A DNA stretch of 64,000 bases from an uncultured delta proteobacterium (GCA_963708295.1 CAVPSJ010000015.1:271529-335528), one strand, 5' to 3'. Positions 47,825 through 61,169 are shown, numbered from the stretch's first letter. The notes: generated by a model not told the origin, from the sequence alone. Translations and numbers: made by a program.

Positions 47825-49198
47825 ATGTCAAAAGAGCAGACATTCTGGAATTTAAAGAAAGAATCGGAACGATGGGAAGGGATGAAATAAGAAGCCTCCA
47901 GATAAGCAAACTGCAGAAGCAATTGGTCTATAATTATGAGAATTCAACTTTCTACCGCCACAAATTCAAAGAAGCGGGTTTAGACCCAAGAAAAGTTCAG
48001 ACACCCGAAGATCTCAGAAACTTACCTCTGACGACCAAGGAAGATCTTCAGGAGAATGCAGGAAGAATCAATCGAAACCTTCGGTCACCCCTATGGGCCG
48101 ACAGCGATCACCTGTGCGCCCATTGAGAAAGTCGTGAGGATCAATTCTACCTCCGGTACGACGGGCACGCCCACGTTATATACCCTGACGCTGCACGATG
48201 TGGATATCGTCAACGAAGTTCATGCCAGAAGCTTCTGGATGGCGGGAATCAGGCCGGGCCATGTCATCCTCCAGGCCATGTCCCTGAGCATGTTCGTTGG
48301 AGGACTTCCCCTCTCCCAGATGGTTATGCATATGGGAGCATGCATTGTCCCCATTGGCGTGGAAGGGGGGACGAAAAGGGTTCTCGATTTTATTCGACTT
48401 ACTTCTCCCATGGCCATCTTTGCAACCCCATCCTTCGGGCAATATTTGATTGAGCAATCTCCTCAGTTGATTGGGAAAGAGGCCAACGAACTCGGAATCA
48501 AATGCTTCTTTACTGCTGCTGAACCGGGCGGAGGAAATCCAGAACTGAGAAAGTTGCTTTCCGAAGGCTTTGGTGGGGCGAAGATTTTTGACCATACGGG
48601 AGGAGGGCATGCGTTCCATGCCGCAAGCTGTGAGGAGCCTCCGGAAACCTATGGCGGGATGCATCTGATGTCAGGCGACTACTGTCTCGTTGAATTGGTC
48701 GATCCCAAAACGAAGAAGAATATCGAGATCGAAAACGAGGCCATCGGTGAAATGGTCTTGACATCCCTGGATTGGGAAGGCGGTCCATTCATGAGATATG
48801 CCTATGGAGACATCATCCAGGTTTTTACAGACCCCTGTCCTTGCGGAAGAACGGGGATGAAATTAAAGATCATCGGCCGTGCAGATGATATGCTCATCGT
48901 AAAAGGGGTGAACGTCTATCCTGAAGCCGTGAGGAAGTCAATCCTGCGGTTCGCTCCTGATGTAACAGGTTACTTCAAGATCGTTCTCGATAAACCGGGG
49001 CCACTCGTGGCTTCCCCTCTGAAAATTAGGATCGAATATAGCTCCGGAATAGATGAAAAAGCTATTCTCTCTCTGGATCGGCGGATGGTCGAATATTTCA
49101 AAGAGAATTTGAGGGTTTCGCCGAAGTTCATTTGGGTTCCTGAAGGTTCGATACCGCGGGAGACGAAGAAGATGAAGTTTATTGAAGTCAAATCCTAA
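47825..49198 (+). CDS. Phenylacetate-CoA ligase (PaaK) family (frameshifts near 47860 and 48055)
   Basis: LPLTTKEDL, STSGTTGTP, AEPG, RYAYGD, CPCGRT, GRADDMLIVKGVNVYP. Confidence 0.88.
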
Positions 49199-49351
49199 CA
49201 GAAGTTAGCCGAGGTTCTTAGTTTGACAGAAAACCATTTTTGAATCCGAGGGGATTATTCCTCGACCGACAAACTCGAAGATGATCAAATTAGACGGGTA
49301 AGTCCATTAAACTTTTGTACCTCATAGATCAGCTTAAAGGGGGCGATTATT

Positions 49352-50245
49352 ATGAAAAAGAATATTGGGTTCATTGGTATTGGTACAATGGGTAAGCCAA
49401 TGGCATTAAATCTTGTAAAGGCCGGATATTCACTGGTTGTCTATGACATTAACCCAAAGCCTTTAGAAGAAGTAAAGGGAAAAGGGGTTGCTATCGCCCA
49501 ATCGGGAAAAGATGTCGCCAGCCGATCAGAAATCATCATCACAATGCTTCCGAAGTCCGAACATGTTGAGGAGGCGATCCTAGGGGTAAATGGAGTGCTC
49601 GAAGGAGTCAAGAGCGGGTCCACGGTCATTGACATGAGTACTATTGACCCAAGTGTTTCGAAAACGATAGCCCAGGTCCTGTTAACAAAGGGCGTCAACA
49701 TGTTAGATGCTCCGGTGACCGGTGGGGATACGGGCGCACAGGCTGGCACTCTAACCATAATGGTTGGCGGGAACGAAGATATTTATAGCCAGTGTATGGA
49801 TATCTTCAAAGCCATGGGCAAGAATATTTTTTACTGCGGTCCCAATGGAAATGGGGAAATTGTCAAGATTGTCAATAATTTCTTTGGGGGGGTTCACGCA
49901 ATATCCACGGCCGAGGCTCTTTCCCTGGGCGTCAAGGCAGGGGTCGATTTCAAGGTTTTGTACAACGTTATCAGCGAAGGTACAGGGGCGACAAATTTTA
50001 TGAAAAATTATTGTGCGATGAAAGCCTTCAAAAATAATTTTGATCCTGGTTTTATGGCAGAGCTCATGCATAAGGACCTAGGATTGGCCATGAGCCTCGG
50101 TAAAGAGACCGGGGTACCGCTACTGATGGGAGGCCTCACCTACCAGATGTTTTCGCAACTAATGGCCTCGGGACTGGGGAAAAAGGACTTTTCGATCATC
50201 ATTAAGGTGTTTGAGGATCTGCTTAATGTGAAATTGAAATTGTAA
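49352..50245 (+). CDS. beta-hydroxyacid dehydrogenase (HIBADH / tartronate semialdehyde reductase family)
   Basis: GFIGIGTMGKPMA, IDMSTI, LDAPVTGG, KIVNN, MHKDL. Confidence 0.92.
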   Translation: MKKNIGFIGIGTMGKPMALNLVKAGYSLVVYDINPKPLEEVKGKGVAIAQSGKDVASRSEIIITMLPKSEHVEEAILGVNGVLEGVKSGSTVIDMSTIDPSVSKTIAQVLLTKGVNMLDAPVTGGDTGAQAGTLTIMVGGNEDIYSQCMDIFKAMGKNIFYCGPNGNGEIVKIVNNFFGGVHAISTAEALSLGVKAGVDFKVLYNVISEGTGATNFMKNYCAMKAFKNNFDPGFMAELMHKDLGLAMSLGKETGVPLLMGGLTYQMFSQLMASGLGKKDFSIIIKVFEDLLNVKLKL

Positions 50246-50305
50246 TGAAGATGCTCCTGTATTTTGCTCAAGACAAAAACCAATTCTAAAAAAGGAGGAT
50301 GAAAG

Positions 50306-51331
50306 ATGAGCCAGACGATGAGGTACATATGGACAGTATTTCTTTGTTGTTTATGTTTCTTCCTAGTTGGACTTTCTTTTTCTATCAACCCTGCTTGCTC
50401 CCAAGCCAAGTTCACTTACTCAACTCAGTTCCCGGCCAATCATGCACACACGCTGGTGACCAATGAGTGGATCAACGAAATCCAAAAGAGGACAAATGGA
50501 AAGGTTCAAATCACTGTTTTCCCCAGTGGAACATTGACTCCTCCTGATCAATGTTACGATGGTCTGCTAAGAGGATTATCAGATTTTGGCATGGCAACCT
50601 TTGGATATTCTAGGGGAAGATTTCCTTTGTCAGAGGTCATTGACCTCCCGCTCGGTTACAAGAGCGGTTTAGGTGCGACAAGATTAATAAATAGATTTTA
50701 TGATAAATTCAAACCAATAGAATTTGATGGCGTAAAGCCATTGTACTTTCATGCTCATGGGCCTGGTCTTATCCACACGAAGAAGCCCGTGTATAAACTC
50801 GAAGACCTGGCGGGGATGAAGATTCGCTGCGGAGGCCTGATTACAAAGACGGTAAAGGCCCTTGGGGGAGTGCCGGTATCTATGCCTCAGAGCGAGGCCT
50901 ATGATGCGTTAAGCAGAGGTATTGTCGATGGCTCGATTGCACCATACGAAGCGCTGTTTGGGTGGAAGTATGGGGAACTCGTCAAGTATTCAGTCGAATG
51001 CTGGGGAGCTGGTTACAGTTCCGGTTTTATCGTGGCCATGAATAAGAATAAGTGGAATGCCTTGTCCCCTGACATTCAGAAGATCATTGAACAAGTCAGT
51101 GAAGAATTTATCGACAAAACCGGAAACGCCTGGGATCAAATGGACAAAGAAGGGAAAAACTTCGCAATAAAATTGGGGAATAAGATCATATCTCTCTCGG
51201 ATAATGAGAATGCGAGGTGGGCAAAAGCAGTTAGACCTGTCCTGGATGAATATGTGAAATATGCCCAGGGGAAGAATTTGCCTGGGGACGAGGCACTGAA
51301 ATTCTGTCTCGAGGAGCTGAAAAAGCTTTAG
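50306..51331 (+). CDS. dctP: TRAP transporter substrate-binding protein
   Basis: Signal peptide, FPSGTL, GRFPL, EDLAGMKIR, EAYDALSRGIVDG, MNKNKWNAL. Confidence 0.92.
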   Translation: MSQTMRYIWTVFLCCLCFFLVGLSFSINPACSQAKFTYSTQFPANHAHTLVTNEWINEIQKRTNGKVQITVFPSGTLTPPDQCYDGLLRGLSDFGMATFGYSRGRFPLSEVIDLPLGYKSGLGATRLINRFYDKFKPIEFDGVKPLYFHAHGPGLIHTKKPVYKLEDLAGMKIRCGGLITKTVKALGGVPVSMPQSEAYDALSRGIVDGSIAPYEALFGWKYGELVKYSVECWGAGYSSGFIVAMNKNKWNALSPDIQKIIEQVSEEFIDKTGNAWDQMDKEGKNFAIKLGNKIISLSDNENARWAKAVRPVLDEYVKYAQGKNLPGDEALKFCLEELKKL

Positions 51332-51409
51332 TGAGGAAGAAATGGGGGGAAGTTGAGAAAACTTTCCCCCATTTTAGAGCGGCGATAATAAGCAAAGGAG
51401 AGAAAACCC

Positions 51410-51886
51410 ATGGTGAGGCTTTTAAAGGAAGTCGAAAGACTCACACACCATCTGAGCATTGGCGCGGGAGTCTTCCTTGTATTCATGATGTGTCTCACAG
51501 TAGCTGACGTGATCTTGAGATTCTTCTTTAATAGACCCATCATGGGAACTTATGAAATCATAGCTTTTTCGGGAGCGATTGTAATGGGACTTGTAAATCC
51601 TTTGACCTCCCAGAAAAAAATTCATGTCTGTACCGATTTTTTGATTTTAAAGTTTCCGCTCAGGACGAAGAAAGCCATCCGAATTGCTACGAGATGTTTG
51701 GCAATAGGATTATTCTTGATGTTTGGCTGGAACCTCATAAAGTTCGGTACGAATTATCGGGAAGCAGCTGAAGTTTCCTCTACTTTAGCAATGCCATTCT
51801 ATCCTATTGCTTATGGATTAGGGATCTCCGCATTCATTCAATGTCTGGTGTTTCTCTGCCAGATTATAGGAGAGAAGCATGAATGA
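51410..51886 (+). CDS. dctQ: TRAP transporter small permease
   Basis: ADVILRFFFNRPIMGTYE, four TM helices. Confidence 0.88.
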   Translation: MVRLLKEVERLTHHLSIGAGVFLVFMMCLTVADVILRFFFNRPIMGTYEIIAFSGAIVMGLVNPLTSQKKIHVCTDFLILKFPLRTKKAIRIATRCLAIGLFLMFGWNLIKFGTNYREAAEVSSTLAMPFYPIAYGLGISAFIQCLVFLCQIIGEKHE

Positions 51887-53184
51887 GGTAATGGTAGGGA
51901 TCGTAGGCCTGGTAGCGGTGCTGGCTTTCTTCCTCACAGGCATTGAATTAGCTTTTGCCATGGCATTAGTTGGGTTTTGGGGTTTCAGCAGTCTTGTTTC
52001 TGTAGAAGCGGGATTGGAATCTCTTGGCCAAAGACTTATTCAATGTCTTCAGTTCATATGGGTTTACTGTTGTTCCCTTATTTATTCTTATGGGGCAGAC
52101 GGCCTACCATGCGGGAATCGCTAGGAGACTATACAGTGCCGCTTATAAATTTATTGGCCACGTCCCCGGAGGCCTGGCCATGGCCACCGTGGGAGGAGCA
52201 ACTGCCTTCGGTGCGATTACTGGCTCCTCCAGCGCTACTGCAGCAACCTTTGCGAGCATAGCGATTCCCGAAATGAATCAATATAAGTACGACAGCAAAC
52301 TTTCTGCGGGGATCTGTGCTGTAGGAGGCACACTCGGCAGCCTCATTCCGCCAAGTGTGGTGCTCATCGTCTATGGGATGATCACGGAACAATCCATTGG
52401 GAAGCTATTTACAGCAAGCATCATTCCAGGATTGATGATTGCCTTCTTATTTACGACGATCATCTATACAATGTGTAAAATCGATCCCAAACTGGGTCCC
52501 GCGGGTCAGGTATCTACATGGAAGGAACGAATAAGATCTCTCTCGGGTGTAGGCTGGGTCCTCTTGGTTTTCATCGTCATGATCGGAGGAATGATCATGG
52601 GGGTGTTTACGCCCACAGAGGCGGGGAGTGTTGGATGTGCTCTCGTGCTCCTTTTGTCCATGGCACAAAGAGACATCACCTTCAAAGCATTTGCTCAATC
52701 GATAATTGAAGCAATGACATTGGCATGCATGACCCTTATGCTCATTGTGGGCTCCACAATCTTTGGCCATTTTCTCATGGTTACGAAGATACCGTTATAC
52801 GTAACAGGCTGGCTTGTGCAGCTCCCCTTGCACCCTTCAGTTGTCATGTTCCTAATTCTTATCCTTTATCTGATTGGGGGGTCTTTTATCGACGATTTGG
52901 CCTTTATGGTCCTCGCTACCCCCATTCTGTATCCGGCTGTTCTGAGGCTTGGGTTTGATCCGATATGGTTCGGTATAATCCTTCATATCTTCGTGATGAT
53001 CGGGATCGTCATCCCTCCGGTGGCGCTTAATGTTTTTGTAGTAAAAAATCTTACTGGACTTCCGTTTGGTTTAATCTATCGAGGAGTCTATCCTTTTTTG
53101 ATTGGTCTAATTGGTGTTGCCATTTTATTGTTCTTGTTTCCTCAAATCGCACTATGGCTCCCGTCCGTATTTGCGGCTCGTTGA
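51879..53184 (+). CDS. dctM: TRAP transporter large permease (frameshift near 52020)
   Basis: VVPLFILMG, PGGLAMA, GGTLGSLIPPS, FTPTEAG, FDPIWFG. Confidence 0.9.
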
Positions 53185-53303
53185 ATGGCATGATATTCGT
53201 CCAAGGATGTCCAGCCAATCGAGTGTAGAGTGAGATGCAATCCAGTATCATCGTAGGCTAGGACTTCTTTGGAGAAGGAAGAACGGAAAAATTAGGAGGT
53301 AAA

Positions 53304-55149
53304 ATGGATATCGGAGGATACGTGAGGAAGGTCCTGAGAATAGATCTATCCAGTGAAAGGGTTTCTATCGAAGAATTGGAATCCTCATTTATTGAGAAAT
53401 GGGTGGGCGGAGTCGGCTTTGGGGCGAAATATCTGTATGATGAGGTTCTTCCGGGTGTCGGCTGGTCAGACCCGAAGAACCGGGTGATCTGGGCCTCTGG
53501 TCCGCTTGCAGGAAGCGGTGTGTATGGAGCCGGAACCTTCAATGTTGTTTCGAAAGGTCCGATGACCAATCTTGCAGGTTCTTCTCAGGCAAATGGTTTT
53601 TTTGGGGCCTATCTGAAATTTTCCGGGTACGACGCAATCGTATTGGAGGGAAAAGCGCCCAGTCTAGTCTATCTTGTGATCAAGAATGGGAGGGCCGAGA
53701 TCAAGGATGGACGTCCTTGGGCCGGAAAAGATATATGGGAAACGGAGGATGGTCTTAGAAAGGAGATCGCTGTAAAAAAAGGTGATGTCAGCGTCTTCGC
53801 AATCGGGCCGGCCGGTGAGCAGGGGGTATTCTATTCTTCTATTGTTGGGGATGGAGGCCATGTGGCCGCCCATAATGGTTTAGGGGCCGTGATGGGATCA
53901 AAGAACCTGAAGGCAATAGTGGCGTACCGCGGCGAGAGAAACTTCGAAGTCAAGGACCCGGAGCGTCTGAAGGAGAAGAACGCTGCGCAGTTCGAAGTCG
54001 CAAAGGTAGCTGGCCCCATATACCGATGGGGGACGGGTGGGGCATTTTCCGCATTGTACGGAATAGGGTGTCTCCCGGTCAAAAACTACACCACCAACAT
54101 CTATCCTGGGCATGAGCGGATGAACGGGCAGTATATGCGAAACAACTTCGAGATTCGACCCAAACCCTGTTATATGTGCCCGGTGGTTCATTGCAAAGAA
54201 GTTACAGTCACGGAAGGTCCATATAAGGGGTTTAAGGCCGAGGAGCCGGAGTATGAGCAGCTCGCGGCCTGGGGTCCGCAGATTGGGAACACAGAGCTCG
54301 GTGCCGTAGTCATGCTCTCCAATGAGGTGGATCGTCTAGGCATGGACGCCAATGAGGCCTCTTGGACCATCGGATGGACCATGGAGTGCCACGAAAAGGG
54401 AAGTATTCTCCCGGAATGACCTTGACGGGCTCGATATGAAGTGGGGCAATGTCGAAGCAGTCAAGGCCATGCTCAACAAGATTGCGAAAAGGGAAGGGAT
54501 TGGTGATCTCTTGTCGGAGGGGGTCATGCGGGCCTCTCAAAAAGTCGGGGGCGAGGCAGCAGACTGTGCTATCTACGCGTTGAAGGGGTGTACCCCGAGA
54601 AGTCACGATCATCGAGGGGGGAGATGGGCAGAGCTTCTTGATACCTGCCTTACCAATACAAGTACCATTGAGTCGATGAGGGGCCCGGTTCAGCCTGAGT
54701 TGGTCGGTCTTCCTCCCGTAACTGATCCTTTTTCCCCTGAAGAGGTCTCAACAATTAATGCGAGGTTCAACGGAATAGGACAATTCGAAGACTGCTTGGG
54801 AATATGCCGATTTACCTCTCCCGACCCTAAACTTACACTGGAATGGGTGAATGCCGTAACAGGCTGGTCGTTGAGCCTTGAAGATGCCTTTTCCATTGGT
54901 CGCCGGGTGATTAACCAACTCCGGGTATTCAATTTCCGTCACGGGATGAAAAAAGAAGACGAAAGGCCTTCAAAGCGTTATGGCTCTATTCCGACCGACG
55001 GTCCTGCAATAGGCAAAAACATTATGAACAAATGGGAGAGCATGGTGGAGAATTACTACATTCTGATGGGATGGGATGCAAAGACCGGCAAGCCTCTTCC
55101 CAAGACATTGAAGGAACTCGGTCTCGAGGAACTGATCAAGGATCTGTAA
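53304..55149 (+). CDS. aor: Tungsten-type aldehyde:ferredoxin oxidoreductase family (frameshift near 54400)
   Basis: LKFSGYD, IGPAGE, GAVMGSKNLKA, CYMCPVVHC, EPEYE, DRLGMD, DCLGICRF, YYILMGWD. Confidence 0.9.
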
Positions 55150-55154
55150 GACGG

Positions 55155-55469
55155 ATGAATCGTGTTACGATTGAATTATGGTTGTGGTTAGGCGAAGAAT
55201 TGAAAGGGGATTTTGAATCGCGATCGGAGATGTGTTCTGCGAGAGAAGAAGTCATAGAAGAGGGAATAAGCATTGGAGACCTATTGGCCCGTTTGGCAGA
55301 CCGTTACCATCCGATTGCGCAAAAAATCTTCGACAAACGGGGGAAAAGGGTGTATCCAAATTTTGTGGTTACTTACAATGACCGAGTCATCAGTCCCCAT
55401 ACTGTCCTTGAGCAGGTCTTGAATGATGGGGATAAAATTACAATTATTCCTATGTATACCGGAGGCTGA
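55155..55469 (+). CDS. MoaD/ThiS-family sulfur carrier
   Basis: LNDGDKITIIPMYTGG with C-terminal GG, directly after aor. Confidence 0.88.
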   Translation: MNRVTIELWLWLGEELKGDFESRSEMCSAREEVIEEGISIGDLLARLADRYHPIAQKIFDKRGKRVYPNFVVTYNDRVISPHTVLEQVLNDGDKITIIPMYTGG

Positions 55470-55692
55470 GAAAAAGAAGAGAGCGAGAGACAAGAAGAAG
55501 GGCAGATCTGGTTGGCCTATTCTAAATTGAAATATCCAAGCTCCTTTATGGAGTATATTCATGGTGGTTTTTTTGACGGAAGAAATGCTGCGCAGGATCT
55601 ATAAAAAACTGATTGACCGAGAGTGGTGTCCAGGTAACTGATTTTGATTTAGATCGGTACTTTTCAATTTGTTGAATAGAAAGGAAGAAACT

Positions 55693-55928
55693 TTGGATTC
55701 AATCAGGCAGTGCTGGGTTGAAGAAAAGGCAAAGAAGACAGTTGGAAAACTGGTGGCTCATAAAATTACGGACAGTTTATGTCTTATGTCAAGACAAAAA
55801 AGAGGGCGGTTGAAGAACTTTGGAAACACATCACCCTAGGGCAGAGGATCGGTGTGGGGGGATCCGTTATGATAAGGGACTTAAGGATTTTGGAAAAATT
55901 ACAAGCCCGGGGCTGCCCTTGCAGCTAA
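55693..55928 (+). pseudogene. Truncated LUD-domain (lactate-utilisation-like) gene remnant
   Basis: MDSIRQCWVEEKAKKTVGKL / YVKTKKRAVEELWKHITLGQRIGVGGSVMIRDLRILEKLQARG then stop. The rest is missing. Confidence 0.55.
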
Positions 55929-56185
55929 AGCCAACAGTCACATATCGATCGACTTCTTCGTGGATCGCATGCCAAAGAAAATGAGGTATATAGTAAATAG
56001 AATCGGTGAGATACTGCTAAGTAACCTTATTGGAGAGGAAGACCAGGGTATGGAACAAATAATAGCTTTTTGGAAATAATTATATACAGATCAGTATAGG
56101 AGTTCATCATTTTCGTGAATTAATAATTCGTGCAATGCAGGGAGATTTGAAGCCTGTTTTCTAAAACAGTTTAAAGAAGGGAAAA

Positions 56186-58119
56186 ATGAAAAGTCCGCTG
56201 TTAGAGCCATTCGCAATAGGCGAAGTGGTTCTGAAGAATCGAATAGTTCAATCGGCCATGGCAACGAACTTTGGCGATAAAGATGGGTTTGTTACACCTC
56301 GCCATATAGACTATCTGGAGGCTCGCGCCAGAGCGGGGACCGGACTCATAATTGTTGAATTCACCTATGTTCGTAGGGACGGCAAGACTTCACCCGGCCA
56401 GCTGGGAGTTAGTGAGGATAAATTTGTTCCGGCGATGCAAACACTCACTGATGCAGTTCACCGGCATGGAACCAAAATAACCCTACAACTCCACCATGGC
56501 GGGAGACTGGCGAATTATCGAGAAAGCCATACACCGGCAATTGCTCCCTCTCCAATCGCGTTCAAGACAGCCGCGGGCAGTGAAGTGCCCAAAGAGCTCA
56601 CCTTAAAAGAAATTGAAGAGCTGATCTCCTGCTATGCCGAAGCTGCAGCAAGAGCCAAAAAAGCAGGCTTTGACAGCGTGGAAGTGGCATGCGGCTCATG
56701 GATACTTGATTGATCAATTTCTTTCGCCCACTTCGAACATCAGGCAGGATCGATTTGGGGGAAGCGTTGAGAATCGGGCTAGATTCCTTCTGGAGATCAT
56801 AAAGGAAATCAAGGGGAAAATGGGGAGAAACTATCCTGTCTGGTGCCGAATAAATGGACAGGAATTCGGAGTGGAAGGCGGGATATCGAAATCCGATGCT
56901 CAAAATACTGCACGCCTGGCTCAGGCTGCGGGTGCAGATGCAATCCATGTTACATCCTGCGGGCCCACCAGTCCGATCAACATGACGACTCCCGTTTTTG
57001 TCCCGGCGGTAATAGCCGACCTGGCGGGAGACATCGAGCGGGTGGTCACCGTTCCGGTCATAGTAGTAGGGGAGATGACTCGCAGAAACTGTGAGCAAGT
57101 TCTGCAAGAAGGTAAGGCCGACCTTGTCGACTTTCGGCAGGCAAGCACCTTACCGACCTGAGTTTGCCAGAAAGGTGGCTTCCAACAAATTGGAGGATTT
57201 GACCCCCTGCATTTACTGCATGAAGTGTCGAGACGACGTGCCCGTTCCCATCGGAGGCATCAGGTGTTCGGTTAACGCTGCATTAGGAAAAGAGGCTGAT
57301 TATAGGATCACTCCGGCTCCCAATTCGGCGGCGGTTACTCATAATAGGTGGAGGCCCGGCGGGAATGGAAGCTGCGGAGTGGCCGCGCTCTGAAAGGACA
57401 CTCGGTAACTTTATGGGAAAAAAAGACAAAGCTAGGAGGGCAGCTGCTATATGGATGCATACCTCCACATAAGGACGAGAATCGAGGTGTTGAGGGGTTA
57501 CCTGGAGAGGCAGATAATAAAAGCTGGAGTTAAGGTAGAATTGGGTTTGGAGGCAACAGCAGAGAAAATACAAGCATTTAAACCGGACATCGTCGTCTTT
57601 GCGGCCGGAGGACTTCCTTTCACCCCCCTCGATTCCAAATAGGGGGGATATTCCCGTTTTACAGTCTGTGGATGTTTTAAGCGGGGCGGCAGAGGGTGGG
57701 AGAGCGTGCAGTTATAATAGGCGGTGGGCTGGTGGGCTGCGAATTAGCCGAATACCTTGCAGAAAAAGGGAAAAACGTCACGGTGACCAATATCCTTCCC
57801 GAAATGGCAGAAGGAGTCAGTCCTGGACTCAGAGGTTATCTCCTTGATAGGCTGGTTGAAAAGGGGGTCGAGCTTCTTAACGAGTGTAACGTACGATCAC
57901 TTCGGGCGTGAGGGAGTTTTTCTTTCGACCAAAGAAGGAACCCGGCGAACTATCCAGGCGGATACCATTGTTCTGGCTGCGGGTTTTACCCCATGCCGGC
58001 AGCTTTATGAAGAAATCAAGGAAAAGGTACCGGAAATCAAGCTTGCAGGCGATTGTGTGGAAGCAAGATCAATACGGGACGCGATAGCAGATGGTTATAG
58101 GGTGGCATTGATGCTTTGA
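56186..58119 (+). CDS. NADH:flavin oxidoreductase (old yellow enzyme TIM barrel + Fe-S + FAD domain; several frameshifts)
   Basis: [67 protein letters not shown]. Confidence 0.87.
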
Positions 58120-58253
58120 AACTGATGAATCTGTAGAAAATCACCCAGCCGCTTGGGCATAACGATCGAATCCCATTTGGAAATATGCAAAAAATAGAAA
58201 ATTAGTTAATTTCATTTTAGGCGATTACAACCTATTACCGAAAGGAGGATAAA

Positions 58254-59304
58254 ATGAGATGTAGATCCGTTATTCTCACAGTGGCAGTAATCATTGCTGT
58301 TACCTCATTGATCATTAGCTCGGCGAATGCGGCCCCGGCGAAGGTGTGGACCCTAAAGCTCTCTATCGAGGTGCCGGATACAGCTCCGCTCTGTGTTCAT
58401 GGATTCAAGCCCTGGGCACAGGAAGTGGAAAAGGCAACCAGCGGTAGGGTGAAGGTAGTTATCTACCCTGGCGGGACTCTGTGTAAGGTCGGCGAGATGC
58501 TCGATGCTATCGGAACCGGCATTGCCGATCTCGGATTTGCATGGCCAGGCCTCCATGAAGGTGTTGCCCCATTATCCATGGCAGGCACCCTGCCCATGAT
58601 GTTCGAGAAGGCCGAAACCGGCAGCAAGGCAATCTGGGATACCTTGAAAAAATCCCGGCGGTCCAGGCAGAATATAAGGGTTATAAGCTCGTGTCACTCT
58701 GGACTACTGATGCCTATTTCTTCATGACGACCAAAAAACCGATTCGAACGATGGAAGATTTTAAGGGAATGAAGATAAGGGGAGCCAATGCGCTGTCGAT
58801 AGATTTCATGAAGCGCTTGGGAGCAGCGCCCGGCAATGCTGCGAATGCCTGACGTTTACATGGCCTTAGATAAGGGCACTCTGGATGGTACAACAGCCAT
58901 AGGAGAGGCTATCCTCGGCTATAGATTTTATGAGGTCATCAAGTACTATATGAAGCCTGGCCTGCTTCCGACTCACATTTCCTGATCATGAACCTTAATG
59001 TCTGGAATTCAATGCCCCCCGACGTTCAGAGCCAGATCATGAGCGTCAGCGGTGGAGTTCTAAGTGCCAAAATCGGCCGTAACGTGTTTGACGCTGCCAC
59101 CCAAGAATTTCCCACAGCGCATTAGCCGAGAAGGAGCTAAGTTTGAGATAATTAACCTTTCACCTGAGGAAGTGCAACGGTGGAGAAAGACTGCTGCGGA
59201 GCCAGTCCAACAAGATTGGGTGAAGGGAGCTCGAGAAGAAGGGTCTACCTGCGCAGCAGGTTCTTGATGAATTTAAGAAGAATGTAGCGAAATATGGTAA
59301 ATGA
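58254..59304 (+). CDS. dctP: TRAP transporter substrate-binding protein 2 (several frameshifts)
   Basis: Signal peptide, YPGGTL, EDFKGMKIR, DVYMALDKGTLDG, MNLNVWNSMPPD across frames. Confidence 0.8.
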
Positions 59305-59357
59305 TAATGATATGGAACAAACTGTAATTAATTGTGTGAAAACAGTTACCGGAATCC

Positions 59358-59870
59358 TTGATCAGACAGTCGCGAATTCTAGAAAAAGTGGCTAATTCAC
59401 TGAGCCACAAGTTAGTTTTTGTCGCTGCAGTAATCCTCACTGCGATGATGCTGTTAGTGGCCGCGGCTGTTTTTATGCGATACGTCTTTAACAGCCCAAT
59501 GTTAGGTGACATAGAGATTGTTGAATTCATGATGGTTGGGCTGGTCTCTTTCAGCTTGGCTTACTGTGCCGTAGAAAAAGGCCATGTGGCTGTAACCTTC
59601 GTGCTTGAGTGGGTACCATACCGGGCACAAGCAATAATTAACGTTTTTTTGAGCCTGGTGAACCTGGGCTTTGTTGTTATGATAGCCATATGTTCTGTAC
59701 AGCAGGCTGCAGTTTTGTGGGACCGCGGCTCCGCTTCAATCATGTTAAAATTGCCCCTTTTCCTTTTCCCCTTGGTCCTGATGTTAGGTAGCGCGGTTTT
59801 TTCTCTGGTCATATTGGTAAGGGTTCTTGATTCTTTATCCGGTTCTATATCCAAAGGGGTAAAGAAATGA
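59358..59870 (+). CDS. dctQ: TRAP transporter small permease 2
   Basis: MRYVFNSPMLGDIE, GHVAV, four TM helices. Confidence 0.85.
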   Translation: MIRQSRILEKVANSLSHKLVFVAAVILTAMMLLVAAAVFMRYVFNSPMLGDIEIVEFMMVGLVSFSLAYCAVEKGHVAVTFVLEWVPYRAQAIINVFLSLVNLGFVVMIAICSVQQAAVLWDRGSASIMLKLPLFLFPLVLMLGSAVFSLVILVRVLDSLSGSISKGVKK

Positions 59871-61169
59871 GTCCACTCGAAATCGGCTTCGTTTGCCTGG
59901 GAATCCTTTGCCTCCTCTTATTCATGGGGGTACCAGTTGGTATCACTATGGGGGTGGTGGGCTTCGCCGGTATGGTATGGGTATCCGGGTTAAGCGCGGG
60001 CTTGGGAATTCTTAAGACGGTCCCTCTCGCAGCCGCTTCCAACTACGACTATAGTGTAATCCCCCTGTTCTTACTCATGGGTGGGTTATGCTTCCATTCA
60101 GGATTGAGTGAAAGTCTCTTTCGGACTACAAACAAATGGTTAGGGCGTCTGCCTGGCGGTCTCGCAATGGCTACCGTAGGCGGGTGTGCTATTTTTGCTT
60201 CTGTCAGTGGTTCCGCCGTCGCAACAACGGCAACGATCTGTTCAGCAGCTCTTCCCGAGATGAGAAAGATATAAATACGATTCTGGTTTAGCTACTGCCT
60301 GTATCGCCGCAGGGGGGACAATTGGTGTTTTGATTCCCCCCAGCGTCCCTCTGATGATTTACGGGATCCTCACGCAGCAGTCGATTGGTAAGCTTTTCCT
60401 TGCCGGTTTCATTCCTGGAGTACTACAGGCTATCTTTTATATTGTTACGATTTACATTCTCTGTAAGCGCAATCCTCTTCTAGGGCCACGAGGTCCCAAG
60501 ACAACCTTCAGGGAAAAGGTTTCATCTTTAAAGGACATATGGAAAGTTCTGTTTTTGTTTATTTTTGTGATCGGGGGCATATATCTAGGTGTTTTTACCC
60601 CTATTGAAGCGGCCGGAATCGGTGCTTTTTTCGCTTTCATCATCTTCGCCCTCGCAGCAAGAGGACTCCGCCAGAAGTTTAGAGAAGTTCTCCTTGACAC
60701 TTGCAAAACCACCGCGATGGTTTTGCTCATAATAATTGGTGCAGCGATATTCAATTACTTCCTGGCAGTGACCAGACTTCCCGCCGAGGTTGCCAATATC
60801 GTTGCCGATTTACACGTTAGCCGCCACATTATTTTTGCTCTAATTGTTGTAGTTTACCTGATTATTGGCACCGTAATGGATGAATTGGCAATGATATTGC
60901 TTACGATTCCAATTTTCTTTCCATTAGTGGAGTCTCTTGGGTTTAACCCTATATGGTTTGGGATAATAATCATAAAAGTGTTTGAGTTAGGGGCTATTAG
61001 TCCTCCGGTCGGTATGACTATATATGTGACCTATGGAATGGCCAAAGATGTTCCCTTGCCTGTAATTTTCCGTGGAGTAGTCCCGTTCATAATTTCTGAT
61101 ATATGCCATACATTTCTTTTGATAGTCTTTCCACAAATTGCCTTGTTCTTGCCTGATCTTATGAAGTAG
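59867..61169 (+). CDS. dctM: TRAP transporter large permease 2 (frameshift near 60270)
   Basis: VIPLFLLMG, LPGGLAMA, IPPSV, SIGKLF, FTPIEAA, FNPIWFG, SPPVG. Confidence 0.9.
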